Assembly: GCF_037042905.1 (NCBI RefSeq)
Contig: NC_087252.1
Coordinates: 13,394,001 to 13,458,000, forward strand
Reading direction: 5' to 3'
From: Lytechinus pictus
Lineage: Eukaryota
DNA: 64,000 nt
The translations under genes were made by a program, and so were the position numbers. Below the pieces are notes generated by a model. It was not told the DNA's origin. It made no database searches and was given only the letters and a program-made list of their open reading frames with translations. Positions 23,690 to 35,600 of the stretch are shown piece by piece (within the stretch, counting starts at the first letter, position 1; each line of letters opens with the position of its first letter).

Positions 23690-26600
23690 ATGGCAACAGA
23701 AGAGCAGACGAATACGCAGCCCCTCATGAAGGATATATCAGGGGATCTGGATGACTTGGAAGCAACAGAGATTGAAAGTTTGTGTGTCAACTGCATGGAA
23801 AACGTAAGTTTATACCTGGATGTATATATATATATATATAAACACCTGTTTCTTCTGCTTTCCATTTGGTCTCAGGCTGCATGGTCTAATCCTAGTTCAT
23901 GGAAAGAGTTCCTTTTGCGAAAGCCACTCTAACCCTAATCATTCCCGGGATGCCCCTAACCCTAAGGTGGCTGTCGCAAAAGGAACTCTCCCCCAGTTGG
24001 AATGATTGACCGTCAGTTTGTCTCCTTTTGTTGGTCTTATTGCCATTTAGCACTTAACCATTTTGTCAAATTTCTAGTAAGGTTATAACCATCTTGTCTT
24101 ATATACACTTGCTCTAAAACCCCTTACACACAGTGTATGTGATGAGATCAACTGTAAACTTAAAAACTAAATATGCCCAGGCGCAAAAATAATTAGTATA
24201 CAAAGTTAATAAAGATTAGTGGTAGACCAAACAGTAATTTACCAAACTGAGAGTAGACCAAGTAAGTTTTTTCTGTGGTTTTAGTTTTTCTGAGAATTTT
24301 AGATCATTTTATAGTATTTTATGTGGATACAAACTAATATTCTTAATATTAGAGCACAGAAAATATCTTAAGGACAATGACATAGCCATTGAGGCCATTT
24401 AGTAGGTCATCAAATGCTTAGCATAATTGGATTAATATTAGGTCCTGCATGGTATTCTTAAAAACATGGTACATGTAATTAAAATCCATTACTACCACAT
24501 ATCATGAAGTAAAATGATGAAATAAAACTATTTGAGTAGAGTCACATTGTTCAAGAGTTCAAAGTTATTATTTTTATTAAAGTTAGGTCATCTTCAGGAA
24601 CTGAATATGTACTGCCAGTTGTGTGTCCGGACGATCACTTTTAGAAAGTCATTTGGAAAAATTTACAAACTAAGTTTTATCAATTTTTAGTACAAAATGT
24701 TAGGAAATATTATAAAGAACAAAATAGAAGATGATTACAACTATTGAATTCATATTTTTAGTGTAATCCAAAGACAAAAAAGAAGGCTTCAAAAATATAA
24801 AGTGTCCAGACACGCGACCCCCCATCCTACCAGAAAACAGGTTACAAACTTATATTATGCAACTGTACTAATACATATTTGTTTGTGAAGATGATCTAAA
24901 TTAAAGATAAATACTTTGAACTCTTCCCAATGTGACTCTACTCAGAGTTTTATTTCTATCTTTGTACATGTATTTTTTCTTCATTTCTTTCTGATAGGGG
25001 ACAACAAAGCTGCTTCTCACCAGGATTCCCTTCTTCAAATCAGTGATAATCAGCTCCTTTGATTGTCCTCATTGCCACTCCTCTAACTGTGAGATCCAGC
25101 CAGCCAGTGCCCTTCAGCCTCAGGGCTGCATCTACGACGTAGAGATCAAGACAGATAAGGTAACAATAGGGGTGTAAATTGAAATTTGAATCAAGATCAA
25201 AATTTTGAATTTTTTTCCCAACAGTTCACACACTGGGGAATAATGCATGACCAGAGGTTGACATTGATAGATGCAGAGCTGCCAAGTTGTATTTTGCATT
25301 TTCAGTATTCTTATCCCCCAAAATCAGTATTTTGACAAAAAAATCAGTATTTTTACCGTGTGAGATAAATATTTTGTATTTTTCCCCAAAAAAATGTATT
25401 TCATAATAAAATGCTTGGCGCACTCGCCCATCACGGCACTCAAGCTGCATGCAAGCTAAAATGTGCACTGCTCTTGCAGATGAAAAAAAAAAAAACATTG
25501 AAACTTGTGTATATCTCACCCTGGTTTTTACAAAATGATTGAAAAAAAGAAACAAGTTACCTGAAATTACATTGATCTAATTACCATATTTGTGTACGTT
25601 ATGAAATAGAGACATATAGAGATGATTCTTCTAAATAAATTTCGATTTTGTAAAAAAAAATAAAAAAAATACTAAATACGGAAACATCGTACTACTTGGC
25701 AGCTCTGTAGATGGTATGCACGGACAAAGCATTGTTTACGATTATGTAATGTGCATCGTGAAAAGAAAACCAAAGCAGTCTCTCCCACGTTGTGGGGACG
25801 TCGTGGTCTAGTGGTTATGGCTCTCGTCTTTCAATCTGAGGAACGTGGGTTCGATTCCAAGCTGTGGCTTGTTTTCTTTCAGCAAGAAATTTGCCCACAT
25901 TGTGTTGCACTCAAGCTTAGTGAGGTAAGTGGGTACCGGCAGGGGGTAATTCCTCAAGAAGCTGTGAGCACCCGAATCGGTAGACAAGCTTTATAGCAGG
26001 GGTAATGTAGGGGCACCGTGAGAAAATAACAAGATGGATACGTGTACTATAAAAATTCTATATTATTTATTATGCAAGGTAGAAAATGCCTGAAACTTAC
26101 ATTACTGCAGAATGAGAGCGATAGATGGTATTACGATCACGCACTGTACAATTATGGATAGAAAAAATTATTTTTACAAAAATTGCACGAGGATTCATAA
26201 ACACACAGTGCTCATCAAATAAAAACAATTATCTTTAAAAAATGCACAAATTATGAGGTGAATCGCAATCAAGATCGCAAGAGGTCTATAAATTGTTATG
26301 TCCCCACTAGCTAAGAATGATCATGATTCAATAATCACTTTTCATATTTCACTTTGTGCCGTGTATGTCAATGCCATTATTAAAACCCTGAATTTAGCCT
26401 GTGAAAATCAGAGAGGCATATTTCCTGCAAGCAATGATCATTATCCAAACTGTAAGATGTAACTTTAAGAAGCAATTTTATAAAAAAAAACCCTGCTTTT
26501 GTGTTCCTTTTCAAAAGGATATGAACAGACAAGTTGTGAAGTCAAACTCTGCTTCGGTACGCATTCCAGAACTGGACTTTGAAATTCCTGGATTCACACA

Positions 26601-29600
26601 AAAAGGATGTACGTATCTCTTATTAATTCATATTCCATTTTTATTCTCGTACTCTTATTTCCTAATACTTAGCAACTCTTACCTTCCTACTACATGTAAG
26701 TAACTCTTATTCTCATACTATGAAGTCAGTCTCATTCTTCTAAATAACTTTGACTTTCCTACTCCATTTACATGTAAGTAACTGAGAATATTCTCCTTCT
26801 GTAACATAAATATTATTCTTCTACTAAATAGCCATTATTTTCCTAAGTAACCCTATGTTTGCCTACTGAGCAACTCAAATTTTCATACACGTACTAGTAA
26901 ATCTTATCCTCTTACAAGGGAGCTCACATTCCCTTACTCAAGCCCCCCCCCCAATCTGTATGCCAGTGATATATCAATATTATCATTCAATTTGATACAG
27001 CTTCCACCAATTGATCTCATGACCTGAAATTAAATGTATGCCGATCTGTAAAGATGTTTCAAAATTTCTTCATTTCCAGCTCTCACAACGGTGGAAGGTG
27101 TATTTCAGAGAGCTATAGAAGGACTTGAACAGGAACAACCATTGCGAAGGGTAAGTTATTAACCCCTGCCATGCTTGGGCGAAGGGGGAGGGGGATAAGA
27201 TGTGACTCACATATTCCAGTTAGAATATTTCTTCAAAGTTTAAACTTGGCTTGGAAATTTGTTTGTAGGGCAGAAACCTCATGTGTTCAATATGTTTGTT
27301 TTCAACTGATTTTTGAATGTATATATACTTTGGAAGGGCTTAAATCTATTAGCCCGTATTCTGAAGTTAGGTTTAAATTAGACCACGGTCTAACTCTGTG
27401 ATAAAATTATGGAGAGCCACAAATTCAAAAATTCTGTTTATATTGTATATTTTTTATGTTTACTATTTTGTTTCATTTTGCATTTATAGCGAAGAAAAAT
27501 ACTTCAGTTACCATTCCCAGACAATTATGAACAATTTGGGTGTCAAATGAGTTAATAAATGGAATGTGTATTGTATGGGATTTGTGCTCCAATTGGCTGT
27601 CCATACTTAAACCACAACTTTAAAGTAGGGTTTAGTTTAAACCCGAGTTCAGAATTCGGGCCATTGTGTCTGTAATGTGGAATATGTTATACCATATCTG
27701 CTGCTCTTGCTCTACAACTCCATTCGCCGACTCGTTTTCTCATCTATTCAAGCCTCTCTCACCTCTCCAACCGAACCAGCCTCCTCAAGACTCACCTTGC
27801 CTACTACTCAGCTTTTCTCTCCCTCTGGTTAGTTCTATTAAGGACTGCACTCATTCTGAAAAGAGTATTCTACTTCCCAACATTCACTTTCTTGCCTGTC
27901 CATTACTTTTCTATCTCTATCCACTTTCATCGAAGTCTTTCCAGGACTTTACACATGGTGTACCGTAAACTCCTTTCGCGATTGTTCGTACCACCATGCA
28001 AACCTTCAAACATCAACATTATCAATTATCATTCCAATTTTAACAGGCGCTGCAACCTGAAGTGGCTGAACAAATTGATGCTTTTATCGAGAAGTTAAAA
28101 AACATCCCCAAGCCATTTCATGTGGTAAGTGCATTTTGAATGTGTCATAAGACTAAAAAATATGAATGCTTCGGACTGTAATTACACAATTTATGATCCA
28201 ATTCCATATAACAGTCAACCATTTGGTAAATTGCCAATTCGTCTACTGCCAACCCGTCCACTCACCACATGGTCTACTTTCATTTAGTCTAGTGCCATTC
28301 CGTCCATCAACATTTCGTCTAACAACCAATTGGTCCAATCATCACTTCGTCTAATCACCATTTCGTCTCATAACCAGTTGGTCTAATCTAATATCCATTT
28401 CAATTTCATTCATTTTGCACAATTTATAGTCCAATTAGACCAAATGGTATATGGACTATATGGCTATTGGACCAACTGGTTATTAGACACAATGGTGAGT
28501 GGACGAATTGGCAATTAGACCATGTGGATAGTGGACAAACTGATGTAGACCAAATGATAGTAGACGAGTTGACAATTGGACAAATTGTATTAGACGAATC
28601 GGGAATAAACCAACCATTTGGTATGTCAGACTAAATTTTCCCCAATCATTGTCACTTCATGAACTGGTATGAAAGCCATGATAATTTGAGATCATTACAA
28701 CCTTCCATTTAATATAAACTAGAAAACGGAGACAAATCATTCCAGGAAAATCCTACTAAATGGGGGTCAGACCTTGATTAACCTTGATTTAAAAGACTTT
28801 TTCATGAAAGAATTGTTGGCGGCAACTACTTTCTTTTACCTTTAATTTATATCCAAGTGTATGAAAAGGGTGTATTGATGCCAATTGCTGAATGACACTT
28901 GTGCCTCAGTAGGATTCAGAGATGCCGCTCTGATAAACAAGTCAAGAGTAACTTCACCACAATGTTTCTACAAATTTGTTTTTTCTTCCAATAGATCTTG
29001 AATGATCCGGCAGGAAATAGCTTCATTGAGAATCCCTTGGCACCTAAACAAGACCCTGCCATGAGGGTCAGTTATTATGAACGAACCAAGGAACAGCTTC
29101 AGCAGCTTGGATATGCGGTGAGTATATCCCTATGTTCATGCATTATCCCAGACCGAGAGCTTCTGTCTCTGTTTCGTCGGTTCTACTAGACTACTATGTC
29201 TTTCTTTACCGCACCTTGTCCATAGACTGAAGTCGTTCTTACTCGCCCTTCAGGGAACCTATATGTATGCTTGCCCAATAATTCTTGATTTACATCATTA
29301 ATACAAAAGAATTTTCATCAGAATATCGGTGAATTGGGAAATATGCACAAGGCCAAAATGCTGATGCCAAAGCCACTGGCTAGACTGTCCGAGGCATGGA
29401 ACAGGGTGCTACTCCGACCATTCTACCCATTTTGTTGGCGGTTGTCCAGTTAGTGGACGTTTTCTTGTATTCAAGATAATTTTGGTGCCCACGACTCTGA
29501 TTCTAGTGGCAAGATGCTGGTTTTTGCGTAGTGAGTATGCTGCAGCTGCGAGCCAACCCTTTTCTCTTTTCATCCGCGGAGGAAGGTCTGAACGAATCGC

Positions 29601-32600
29601 AATACGTTGAGTGGATGTGTGAACATCATCATCCTGTGACACCTGAGGTCGAGGCTGTTGAAAGGCGTTGCGATCAGACATTCTAGCAAAGCAAACAATA
29701 ATGGGCGTTGGCCGGTTGGTGGTGTTGGGCGAGGTGCTGGAGTTAGCTTTAGACGGAAGCCTATGAGCATTCACCAGGTAGATACTGGCAGCTCCTTCGC
29801 GGGTGATGTGTAAGAACTTCATAAATACAGGTAGAAGCACCAAGTAGACATTTTCATTTGGACGTTCGTCAATACCATAGATCAGGAGGTTTAGTTTCCT
29901 ATCGTGAATCTCTAGCTTCAATAATTTCTCATCAATATCCTTCTCAATATTTTTCATTTTGATGGTTAAGTCAGGTATTTTCTCCTTCTCAATTGCCATC
30001 ACACGATCAGAGTCATCATTGAATCCAGTGTTAATGTTAGATATAGTATCATTAATCACACACATTTCACGCTTGAATTCCGATATTTCGGCAATAACTG
30101 AATCGAACCGATCATTTATTTGTTTGTTCATAGCAGAAAACATATCTTTCATTTCAGCCGTGAAGCTCGTAAACTTGGCTGATGTGGTTGGGTGATAAGG
30201 GTTCGAGCTGTGTGTTGGGCGCTGAGTGTCAAGTGGGTTGGAGTCAGGGTCCCCATCAGCCACATTAGTGCTCGGAGCAGCTGCCATTCCCAGATTTTCA
30301 AGGTTCTCGTTTTGGGAATTATGTCGCGTATTTCTCCGAAGTTGGCATTCTACTCTGGGCGGTATACCATGGGACGTCATTTTTTAAGTTGATACCGTCG
30401 TCAGATGAATATAAAATATGAAATTATGCGTGATTTGTGTTAATTAGGAATGGCAGTAAAAAACACCGTAGCTAGTAGCAGGACGCCATCACTCTTTGTG
30501 ACTCTTTTTTACCATGATTTATGTTTGATTTTTTCCTGTGTAATTGGACAATTTTTATGTACTATGCGTAAGGGAGCACGTATATTACATATTCATGGCA
30601 TTGTCCTCTTTGTTCAAAATTGATCAATTGTGAACTCACATTGTTAGTTTTCAATCTTTTTGATGAGAATCTTTAGTAAAACCTAATTGAATTGAAATGA
30701 TAATTTCTTTAGTTACTACATCACTTCAGCTTTGATTTTGATGTCCCTACAGGATGGTAGTGAGGAAGATTCGGCTGGAGATGCACCCCAATCAGGAGAT
30801 ACACCCAAGGATGCCGCTACCACGAACGATGATGACGACGTTGTCGCTCCTGAAGAGGTGTTTGAATTTGCCGTCAACTGCAGCAACTGTGAAGCTCCAG
30901 CCGTGTGTCGGATGAAGCCAATCAGTATCCTTTGCCAACATTGTTTAAAAATAGAGAAACCTGTCTAAAAAGACCACTTGCATATGTGATAGGTCGCCCA
31001 AAAAGTAATTTTTAGGTCGTTAATGAGTTTAAAAAGGCACATCCTTAGCTATGTAGTGATATCTTGTCAAAATTAATCAACAATAATCCAAACAAGTACT
31101 TGATTGAAAACTAAGCAAGAGCTTCACAAATTAAGGAGAAAACAGTGTTGAAGTTCAGGGTTTACTCAAGCATGAGATGTGCACGCTGTGCAGTCTCAAT
31201 GAAACTTTTGAGCCATTCGCAAAAACTTGCCTCAAAGATACTCTTGTATCTTGTTTTCTATTCAATTTAACAAATTTAAATGAAGTATGAAGAGAAGGAA
31301 ATGCTCTTTCAAAGAAGACAAGCTTCTATTTTTTGCCATTTGAAGTCCAAATTACCTTAGGCCTTTTTACAGAGAACCTTCCCTGGTGACTTGTTGTTGG
31401 TTTTGGGATGGTTGGTTGGTCACGTATACAGACTGCTTTCCTTGTCTCCCTTGGGTGGTCCTTATAGACAGGCCTTGTCATATAATATGGCATATCATAT
31501 GACAGGAGGAGCCGTATGACATTATGACATTGTGGAGGAGCCGTGGTGTAGTGGTTCTGACTCTCGCCTTGTAAACAGAGGGTCGTGTGTTCGAATCCCA
31601 CCGCGGTCTGGCGTCCTTTGGGAAGGCGTTAATCCACACTTTGCCACTCTCGACCCAGGTGGTAAATGGGTACCCGGTAGGATGTGAAAGTCATTGTAGC
31701 TTGTCCAGTACCGTGTGCGCCTCACCGGCGACTGACTGGAATACTCCCCAGGGAGTGGAGGATGTGCACACATTGTGTGCGGGAATGACTGATTGAATCC
31801 GATGACCGGGGTAATAATATATTTGTAAAGCGCTTAGACACGTCATTCCGATGTATTAAGCGCTATATAAAAAACGGATTATTATTATATGCTGTGCACA
31901 CACTTTACTTGAAAGTGGTCTGAATATGCAGCCTAAAATCACTTCCAATGAATGGTGTAATGACAGAAGGCCCCTCTCGTTTCAGGATTGAAATTTTGAA
32001 TTTTATCTGTGCTAGTTAGTTTCGTGTGAAGACCCACTTGATGATGACATTTTCAATTAGGGTCTATGTCTGCAGACAATTGTGATACCTGTTTTAAGGG
32101 TAAAATCGTGAAAGGTAAACTAATTACTAAACTATAGTTACTATGTATGTGATCTTTTAACTCTTTGCCCGCCACGGTCAGAATCACTCCTGCACCACAT
32201 CAATTTCAAGGTGCAACCTGAAGAGGGGTTTTGCAGGGACTATGCTAAGTTAGCTCAGAAAAGCTTTTGATAGGTTTATTGTAAGAAAAAGCTTTGTGTG
32301 TACACAGTACAATGCGATGCACACATCATTATTGTGTATGTGTGTATGAACAATAGACTTAATGTACTCTGTGTATTGTGAATACAATGTGATTTGAGTC
32401 GAACTTGGCATTCTGCTGTATGTGACTATAGTCAAACAAAGCGGGCAACCAAACGGGCAAAGAGTTTTGTAGGTATTATATGATGTGGTTTCACTAACCC
32501 ATTGACTAAAGGATTGTGCAGGGACCGTCTGGCTCCAGAAGAATACAGATCAAAGTTTGACCCTTGACCCCAAGTTCAGGCATTCCGTTCTTCAAGGAAG

Positions 32601-35600
32601 TGATCATCATGGCGATGAGCTGCGATGCCTGTAACACCAAGACGAATGAGATCAAATCTGGAGGGGGCATAGAGGATAAAGGTCGCAAGATCACACTCAA
32701 AATGACAGATATCAGTGACCTCAGCAGAGATGTGTTAAGGGTAGGTCAAAGATTGCAAGACCACACTAAAAATAACAGATGTCAGTGACCTTAGAAGAGA
32801 TATGCTAAGGGTAGGTCTAAGGTCACAAGATCATATTAATATATGTGATTTGTAATGCGCCAAATTCACTCGACAGAGTGCCCAAGGCGCAGTGAAAGAA
32901 AGAAAGAACGAAAGATAAAAAGTACAAATATAATAGTAATAGATTCAGGAGCAATTAAGAGTAGGAAGCATTGAATAGACGAGTCTTAAGGTAACGTTTA
33001 AATGTGTGAATGGAAGTGCATTCACGGATTGCCAGGGGAAGATCATTCCAGAGAACAGGGCCAAGGTGAGCAAAGCCCGAACCCCCATGTCTTAACGGAT
33101 GTAGGAATAACTGGGGAACCAGAGTTGGATGAACGTAGGGACATGACAGGAGTGTATTTGCTGATTAGATTAATATTGTACTGTGGAGCAGAGCTGTTAA
33201 TTGCATGGAATACAAGGAAAAGGATTTTGAAGATGATGCGATCGTTGACCTTTAACCAATGAAGAAGATATTGAAAATGACAGATATCAGTGATCTCAGC
33301 AGAGATGTACTAAGGGTAGGCCAAAGGTCACAAGACCACACTAAAAATGACAGATATCAGTTACCTCAGCAGAGATGTACTAAGGGTAGGCCAAAGGTCA
33401 CAAGACCACACTAAAATGGCAGATATCAGTGACCTCAGCAGAGATGTGCTAAGGGTAGGTCAAAGGTTGCAAGACCACACTAAAATGGCAGATATCAGTG
33501 ACCTCAGCAGAGATGTGCTAAGGGTAGGTCAAAGGTTACAAGACCACACTAAAAATGACATATCAGTGACCTCATCAGAGATGTGCTAAGGGTAGGTCAA
33601 AGGTTGCAAGACCACACTAAAATTGCAGATATTGGTGACCTTAGCAGAGATGTTTAGATGAAAAAGTTATGGGTAGTCACACTCTTGCTCATATACATGC
33701 AGTACGTGGTATATTATTCTCAATTATGTTTATTGTAGAAGATTCCCAATCTTCAGGCATTTGCTTCTATTGGTGCAGTGAATCAACAATTCCCAATCAA
33801 ATTGAGGCAGTTTCTTTTCTAGATCAACTTCGTGACCTGTGGCCAATGTGGCCATAAAACTTATCTCTAAGGTAACTTTCCTCCCTCTCATATGGTAGAA
33901 AAAATTTGAAAATGGTAATTTGAATGATGATTCCAGTGAAAAATAAGGCTAATAACGAATTTTTAGCACGTGTCAAACCAAACTAGAATCACAAACGCTA
34001 ATCACAATCACGAATTCAAATTCTACTCTGGAGATGAATTCCAGTTAAGTTTCACTCAAATTACGGTATGAATTTTATGTGTGAAAGGCTTGACCTCCAA
34101 AAAATCTTTTGGGGTCGGAGCTTACGTGTCCCTTCAAACACTTCCGTAGATAATACACTTGTCATGCACTCATCGTATCGATGCAGTGCTTTGACTGACA
34201 AGTCACCAAGGACACATCCAGCCTTCGCTTGGGAATTTGAATTCAAATCACCGTTTTCGAGTGAGCGTGTAAAAGGTCTGATGATTCCAAAGACGAATTG
34301 CTATAAAAGATTCACGTGTGAAAAGGCCCTTTATCATCCAATAAAAGTCAAGAATTTCATTGAAGTTATTATTGGATGGCAAATCTCTTTTATATGTCAT
34401 CTTTTTATTTCTCTCTCTTTCTCTCTTTCTTATTGCTAAAACTCACTGCAGTCAGGAACATGCCTGTTTGAAATTCCAGAATTTGATTTTCTGCACGACC
34501 CTATAGCAGGCCAGAGCGGTAAATTTACAACTGTAGAGGGCCTCCTAGTGGATGTTAAGAACATGCTTCAGAGGCAGAATCCCCTCGCTTTCGGAGACAG
34601 CGCAGTACCAAGACAAAATGCATTTGCACAATTTTTTGAGAAAATGGACAAGGTAAGTTCAAGGTACTAATAATTATGTAAGTATTTTTTAGTTCAATGC
34701 TCCTCTTACTTTCATCTTCTTTATTTAAAGGTAAAGTAGTTGCAGCAAAGAATTATTTCATCAGAAAGTCTTTAAAATCAAGGTTAATTGTCACCATGTT
34801 ATCAAACATCTAGATCTGGTACATTAATGAAGACTGATCTTTGTAAAAATATGTAAACTTAGCAGACGAAGTCTGGAGGGGGCATTAACCGTTGCCCCTG
34901 TCCGTCTGTCTTTCCGTCCTTCCGTCTGTCCCCCCACTTGGTTTCCGTGCAATAGCTCGACAAATATTTAATGGATTTTAAAATCTTTTGGTGTGTAGGT
35001 AGATGACACCAAAATACAGGCTACCTTCGAATTCGGAGTCCGCAGGTCAAAGGTCACAGCTCATTAAATATTTGAGTTGGTTTCCGCGCAATAACTCTAC
35101 AAATATTTAATGGATTAAAAAAAAATTTGGGTGTAGATGACACCAAAATACAGGCTAAGTTCGAATTCGGAGTCCGCAGGTCAAAGGTCACAGCTCATTA
35201 TGTACATGCGAGTTGGTTCAAAGGTCTAAATTTGTTCATTATATTATATATCCATATTGGTTTCTGCACGATATTAAGTTCAATCGTATTGAATGAATTG
35301 CGTTGTTGGCTCAGTGAGAGCGTTGTTGGCTCAGTCGGTAACGCGTCTGCCCGTCGAACCAAAGATCGTGGGTTCGAGTCCACCCCGGGCGGATGACTGA
35401 AGCCAGTGCGTTGTGTGTAAACGTCTCTCCCATATTTCATAGATGCAGGCTATGTTACAATGGAAAACCCTCCGTCCCTCGAATAGGACGTTAAATGGAG
35501 GCCCCGTGTAGAGGAGAATCACCACCTTTGCACGTTAAGAACCCACTGCACTATTCATATAGAGTAGGGGGACACCCTGGTGTAGTGGTCCACCTGCACT

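Larger units (their letters stand above)
30925..32579 (+). other. ZPR1: U12-type (minor spliceosome) GT-AG intron, ZPR1 intron 7
   Basis: 5' site GTATCCTTT; branch-like CCCTTGAC about 11 nt before the AG; no pyrimidine tract. Confidence 0.88.

Noticed and set aside
33277..33655. CRISPR-like regular repeats
   Set aside because: Head-to-tail units without unique spacers, derived from a ZPR1 exon, in eukaryotic DNA with no cas genes
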